Positions 32,117 through 36,056 of a stretch of 36,056 bases of DNA are shown here, piece by piece (the stretch's first letter is position 1; each line of letters begins with the position of its first letter). Location: NCBI GenBank assembly GCA_964464345.1, contig CAYXFQ010000001.1:1-36056 (forward strand), given 5' to 3'. The notes under the pieces are model-generated. The model made no database searches and had not been told where the DNA came from. It was given only the letters and a program-made list of their open reading frames with translations. The position numbers and the translations under genes are program-made. This stretch comes from an uncultured Methanomassiliicoccales archaeon. Its GTDB lineage: Archaea; Thermoplasmatota; Thermoplasmata; Methanomassiliicoccales; Methanomethylophilaceae.

Positions 32117-34430
32117 CCTTTTTGGGCGCGGCCTTCTTGGCTCCCTTCTTGGGAGCCTCCCCCTCTTCCTCAGCGTCAGCCTTCTTCCGCTTTGGTCGCG
32201 TGGGGCAGTCCGGGTTCAGGCAGCGCGGGCCGCTCTGATACTCCAGGACCGGGGCGCTGCACTCCGGGCAGGGGTCCGGCAGGGGGCTGAGAGTGCCCCG
32301 GGGCGGCAGGCGGTATGTCTGCTCGCAGTCCGGCCAGTTGCTGCAGCCGGCGAAGCGGTTGCCCGCGCGGGAGTAGAGTATCCTGATGCGCCCCTCCTTG
32401 CAGGTGGGGCAGTCGCCGAGCTCGTTGCGGTCGGTGTTGAACTTGCACTTGGGGTCGACGCAGACCTCCTGCGGGGGCTGCCCGCGGCGAATCACCCTCA
32501 GCATGGGGTTCTCACACTCGGGGCAGGCCAGCTCAGTGGTCTGGACCAGTGCGGAGCGGGGCAGAGAGAAGCTCGCCCGGCACTCCGGGTAGGCGTTGCA
32601 GCCGATGAAGTTGCCGCGGCGGGAGCGCTTGATGTGGAGCTCGTCCCCACAGGCGGCGCAGGTGCCGACCAGCTGCTGCTCGCGCATGGCGTCGGCGATC
32701 TCCTTGCCCATCTTGTCCTCGTGCTCGCGCATGGTGGAGGTCACCTTGGCCAGCATCTCCTGGGACTCCTGCACGACCGACTCCAGGGTCCGGTCGCCGA
32801 GGGCGATCTTGCCCATGTTCTCCTCCAGGGCGGCGGTCATGGACACCTCGGAGATGTCGCCGCCGTACTTGGAGAGAGCCGACACCAGGGCGATGCCGCT
32901 GGGGGTCGGGGTCAGGTTGTTCCCCTGGACGTAGTTGCGGGAGTAGAGCTTCTCCACGATGTCGTGGCGAGTGCTCTTGGTCCCCAGGCCCAGCCTGTCC
33001 ATCTCCTGGATCAGGTAGCCCTGGTTGTAGCGGTAGGGGGGCCGGGTCTCCAGTCTCTCCATCTCGGTGGACTTGACCGCCACGCGGTCGCCCGGGGAGA
33101 GGCGGGGGAGGACGACCTCCTCCGGCTTGCGATAGGGATAGTACTTCCGCCAGCCCTGGTCCAAGATGCGGTAGCCCTTGGCTTGAAAAGGCTCGCCGGC
33201 CAGGTCCAGGCGGCAGTCCACGAACTCCGCCAGCGCCGGCGGGGCCAGGGTGGCCATGAAGCGCCGCACGATGAGCTCGTAGAGCTTCCACTTCTCCCCC
33301 TTCACCTTCTTCTTGTTGGCAGGGGAGGTGGGGTGGATGGGCGGGTGGTCGGTGGTGCTGCGGCGGCCGCGGGAGGGTGATATCTTCTCTTGGGCGAGAA
33401 TCTCCTCGGCCTCGGAGGCGAAGGGAGTGTCCTTCAGCCTCTCCAGCAGGTTCCGCAGCCCCAGGCTGCGGGGGTAGACGGTGTTCTCCGTCCGTGGGTA
33501 TGATATGTAACCGGAGGTGTAGAGCTCCTCCGCGAGCTTCATCGCCCTGGCGGGGGCGATGCCGATGCGGTTGGCCTCCACCTGGAGCTGAGTGGTGTCG
33601 AAGGGTGGGGGCCGGAACTCCTCCTTCTCCTCAATCTCGTAGGACTTGACCGAGGCCTCGCCCTGGTCCTTGATGCGGGAGGAGACGGCCTCCGCCTCTT
33701 CCTCGGTGTTGAAGGGGTTCTCCTCGTGCTCGCCGGGGAAGCCCTCCTCCCCGAATGTCCCGGATATCTCCCAGTAGGGGACGGGGACGAAGCTCTCGAT
33801 CTCCTCGTGGCGGTCAACCAGGAGCTTGAGGGTCGGGCTCTGCACCCGGCCGACGGACAGGAAGTTCTGCCCCAGCTGATTGGATGCCAGCGAGACCATG
33901 CGGGTGAGCACCGCTCCCCAGGCCAGGTCGATGACCTGCCGGGCCTCGGCGGCGTCAGCCAGACGCTCGTCGGCGGCGCTGAGATTTTCGAAGGCGGACT
34001 CTATCTCCACCTTGGTGAGGGCGCTGAAGCGAGCCCTCTGGATCTTCTCCCGGGGCACGCCGGCGAGGCGCACGGTCTCCAGGCCGATGAGCTCTCCCTC
34101 TCTATCATAGTCAGTGGCGATGATGACCTCGTCGGCGTCCTGCATCTCCTCCCGGATGGCTGCCAGGATCCCTTTGGCCTTGACGGTCTTCACCGAGGGC
34201 TGGTGGACGAGGTCCTCCGGACGGACGCTCTGCCAGTCGTTGAACTCCTCCGGATAGTCAAGCTCGATAATGTGGCCTCTCAGGCCGATCACCGCGTAGT
34301 CGTCCCCGCCGGACTGGAAGCGGAGAACCGGGGTGCTTCCTATCTTCTCCGTCTTGTATCCGTCATCAGAGAGGATGGTGGATATCCTGCGTGCGGAATT
34401 GGACTTCTCAGTGATCACTAGCCTCTTCAT
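32106..34430 (-). CDS. topA: DNA topoisomerase I (type IA) with four C-terminal Zn ribbons and a Lys-rich tail
   Basis: Toprim domain (LVITEKSNSARRIS...IIATDYDREGELIG), active-site region YISYPRTE, four CxxC...CxxC ribbons and the tail KRKKADAEEEGEAPKKGAKKAAPKKVKK. TAG stop. Confidence 0.93.
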   Translation of the reverse strand: MKRLVITEKSNSARRISTILSDDGYKTEKIGSTPVLRFQSGGDDYAVIGLRGHIIELDYPEEFNDWQSVRPEDLVHQPSVKTVKAKGILAAIREEMQDADEVIIATDYDREGELIGLETVRLAGVPREKIQRARFSALTKVEIESAFENLSAADERLADAAEARQVIDLAWGAVLTRMVSLASNQLGQNFLSVGRVQSPTLKLLVDRHEEIESFVPVPYWEISGTFGEEGFPGEHEENPFNTEEEAEAVSSRIKDQGEASVKSYEIEEKEEFRPPPFDTTQLQVEANRIGIAPARAMKLAEELYTSGYISYPRTENTVYPRSLGLRNLLERLKDTPFASEAEEILAQEKISPSRGRRSTTDHPPIHPTSPANKKKVKGEKWKLYELIVRRFMATLAPPALAEFVDCRLDLAGEPFQAKGYRILDQGWRKYYPYRKPEEVVLPRLSPGDRVAVKSTEMERLETRPPYRYNQGYLIQEMDRLGLGTKSTRHDIVEKLYSRNYVQGNNLTPTPSGIALVSALSKYGGDISEVSMTAALEENMGKIALGDRTLESVVQESQEMLAKVTSTMREHEDKMGKEIADAMREQQLVGTCAACGDELHIKRSRRGNFIGCNAYPECRASFSLPRSALVQTTELACPECENPMLRVIRRGQPPQEVCVDPKCKFNTDRNELGDCPTCKEGRIRILYSRAGNRFAGCSNWPDCEQTYRLPPRGTLSPLPDPCPECSAPVLEYQSGPRCLNPDCPTRPKRKKADAEEEGEAPKKGAKKAAPKKVKK

Positions 34431-34452
34431 CGGCGCTATTCATCCGGTATTG

Positions 34453-34462
34453 ATTATAAATA
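34453..34462 (-). promoter_or_regulatory. TATA box (minus strand TATTTATAAT) for topA
   Basis: 23 nt upstream of ATG 34430. Confidence 0.45.
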
Positions 34463-34476
34463 GTTGCCAGTTGCAG

Positions 34477-34968
34477 TTAGTGTGAGTGGCGGTGACCCAC
34501 ATGGTGGATGTGGGCACTGGTCGGTGAGGCCATGGTGAGACGCCCCCTCAGGACGCCGCGCACCGAGGCGATCTGGTCGGCCAACCTCTTCAGCTCGATG
34601 AGGGTGCCGCTGACCAGCAGGATCTCCATGCAGCGATTCTGGTCCAGGTGGACGTGGATGGTGGTGCTCACATGGTTGTTGCTGGAGTGCTGGAGCTCCA
34701 TCAGCTGCTCGGAGACGTTGCTGGTGGCGTGATCGTAGATGATGGTGATGGTTCCGACCATGTACTGATCGGGATTCTTCCAGTCCTGCTCGGCGAGGGA
34801 GTCGCGGATGAGGTCCCTCAAGGCTTCCGAGCGGCTGCTGTATCCCTTGCGGACAATCATCTCGTCGAACTCCTCGAGGAGATTCGGCTCCAGGGAGACT
34901 CCGATTCTGGTGACTTTGTCCATGTTTATCGGCTCTATATCTCCCATGTCGATAATAACCTCTCGCAT
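34477..34968 (-). CDS. nikR: Nickel-responsive transcriptional regulator NikR (RHH + ACT-like metal-binding domain)
   Basis: RIGVSLEPNLLEEFDEMIVRKGYSSRSEALRDLIRD is the ribbon-helix-helix. YDH...LQH...IHVHLD...C are the high-affinity Ni-site residues. The tail AHIHHVGHRHSH is His-rich. The start could be ATG 34968, 34947 or 34923. Confidence 0.88.
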   Translation of the reverse strand: MREVIIDMGDIEPINMDKVTRIGVSLEPNLLEEFDEMIVRKGYSSRSEALRDLIRDSLAEQDWKNPDQYMVGTITIIYDHATSNVSEQLMELQHSSNNHVSTTIHVHLDQNRCMEILLVSGTLIELKRLADQIASVRGVLRGRLTMASPTSAHIHHVGHRHSH

Positions 34969-35040
34969 CGCGGACAGCGAACGGTTCTCCCGTTGGTCTT
35001 AAATAATGTCCGAATTCTCTATTGAGGCAGGTGTTGTGTG

Positions 35041-35817
35041 ATGGATCATGCCGAGGTATTTCTCACCGGACTCCAAGGGGCTCTGGAGAGGATAGCGCCG
35101 GATGATGATGTCGGCGTGCTCTTCTCCGGCGGTCTGGACAGCTGCATAGTCGCCGCCCTTTTGGCGCGGGAGCGCCAGGTGACGCTCTACACCGCCGGCC
35201 TTGAGGGCTCTTACGACCTCCGCTCCGGCGAGAGGGCGGCGGAGATCATGAATCTCCCCTGGGTGCCGATAGTCCCGGACGAGGAGGAGCTCCTGGACGG
35301 GGTGAGGTCCATCATCCGCAGCACCGGCACGGTAAACCCGATCCTGATATCCTTCGACATACCGCTCTACTTCGTGTCCAGCCGCGCCAAGGAGAGGATG
35401 CTCTTCAGCGGCCAGGGCGCCGACGAGCTCTTCGCCGGGATTGCCCGCTGCAAGGACCTGGACGAAGTGAAGCGTCAGGAGTGCATGGACACCGACATGG
35501 CCAAGCTTCTCAACGAGACTCTGGCCGGCGAGGCCAGCATCGCCAAGGACTTCGGCAAGGATCTCCGCTACCTGTTCCTGGACCCGGGCGTGGTGGATGC
35601 GGTCAAGGCCATGTCGCTGGGCCCCGAGGCCGGTCCGGACATCAACAAGATCATCTTGCGGGAGGTCGCCCGCCGCTTGGAGTTGGGAGAGCTGGCCGAG
35701 AGGCGGGAAAAGACCGACCGCTACGGCCCCGGCTCGATGCGCAGCCTCAGAGAGGTCGCCAAGGGCCGCGGCATCACCATGCGCGCGCTCATGCAGCAGC
35801 TGGCCGAGGAGGTATGA
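35041..35817 (+). CDS. Asparagine-synthase-like PP-loop ATP pyrophosphatase (synthetase domain only, no glutaminase domain)
   Basis: VGVLFSGGLDSCIVAALL PP-loop and SGQGADELFAG motif. ATG 35041 is preferred over the ORF-track GTG 35038. Confidence 0.7.
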   Translation: MDHAEVFLTGLQGALERIAPDDDVGVLFSGGLDSCIVAALLARERQVTLYTAGLEGSYDLRSGERAAEIMNLPWVPIVPDEEELLDGVRSIIRSTGTVNPILISFDIPLYFVSSRAKERMLFSGQGADELFAGIARCKDLDEVKRQECMDTDMAKLLNETLAGEASIAKDFGKDLRYLFLDPGVVDAVKAMSLGPEAGPDINKIILREVARRLELGELAERREKTDRYGPGSMRSLREVAKGRGITMRALMQQLAEEV

Positions 35818-35820
35818 ATC

Positions 35821-36056
35821 ATGACGAGAACCGATTATCACGATGTGCTGAAATGGCTCTTCGGACTGGAGTCCGAGGGCATACGCTTCGGACTTGAGAA
35901 CACCCAGGAGCTGCTGCGGAGGGTGGGGAACCCCCATCTGGGCATCCCGAGCATACACGTCGCCGGCAGCAACGGCAAGGGCTCCACATCATCCATGATC
36001 GAGGTCTCGCTGCGGGCCGCTGGGCTGCGCACCGGCCTCTACACCTCCCCTCACCT
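35821..36056 (+). CDS. folC: Folylpolyglutamate synthase / dihydrofolate synthase family (Mur ligase), 3'-truncated at window edge
   Basis: Hand translation gives [79 protein letters not shown]. It carries the P-loop [11 protein letters not shown] and the YTSPHL motif. Confidence 0.85.
   Translation, partial: MTRTDYHDVLKWLFGLESEGIRFGLENTQELLRRVGNPHLGIPSIHVAGSNGKGSTSSMIEVSLRAAGLRTGLYTSPH

Overview
High-GC archaeal chromosomal segment, about 60-65% G+C by eye (not computed). It is densely packed, with about 34 protein-coding genes and no rRNA, tRNA, CRISPR array, transposase or integrase that I could find. Gene content is euryarchaeal. It includes ABCE1, Orc1/Cdc6, RFC small subunit, r-protein L40e, archaeal-type riboflavin synthase RibC, FAD synthase RibL, archaeal NAPRTase and NikR. 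Together with pervasive leaderless promoter geometry, this fits a Thermoplasmata/Methanomassiliicoccales-like organism, but that lineage call is inference only. Left to right the window holds: a partial pyridine-nucleotide-disulfide oxidoreductase, a PHP phosphoesterase, a small-multidrug-export-family membrane protein, ABCE1, two tandem MATE transporters, MetRS coupled to a second PHP protein, a PUA/PAPS-reductase-like/ferredoxin fusion, an aminotransferase, the ribB-ribL-ribC-ribH operon and glyA. Next come a NIF3-cdc6-ttuA string, rfcS, rpl40e (missing from the ORF track), a REC-DUF835 response regulator coupled to enolase, and pncA-pncB. A lower-GC island follows, carrying a giant frameshifted BspA-type LRR surface protein. 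The window ends with a split COG0523 (CobW-like) GTPase pair, topA, nikR, an AsnB-like PP-loop protein and the start of folC. Most of the window is ordinary housekeeping. The items most worth a second look are the frame-broken modular LRR adhesin island, the split metallochaperone pair with a (C-x-D-P-x)3 tail near NikR, the uncharacterised PUA-PAPS-reductase-ferredoxin protein abutting a PHP phosphatase, and an apparently non-AUG (CTGA-coupled) start for pncB. All domain calls come from motifs recognised by eye; no database search was run.
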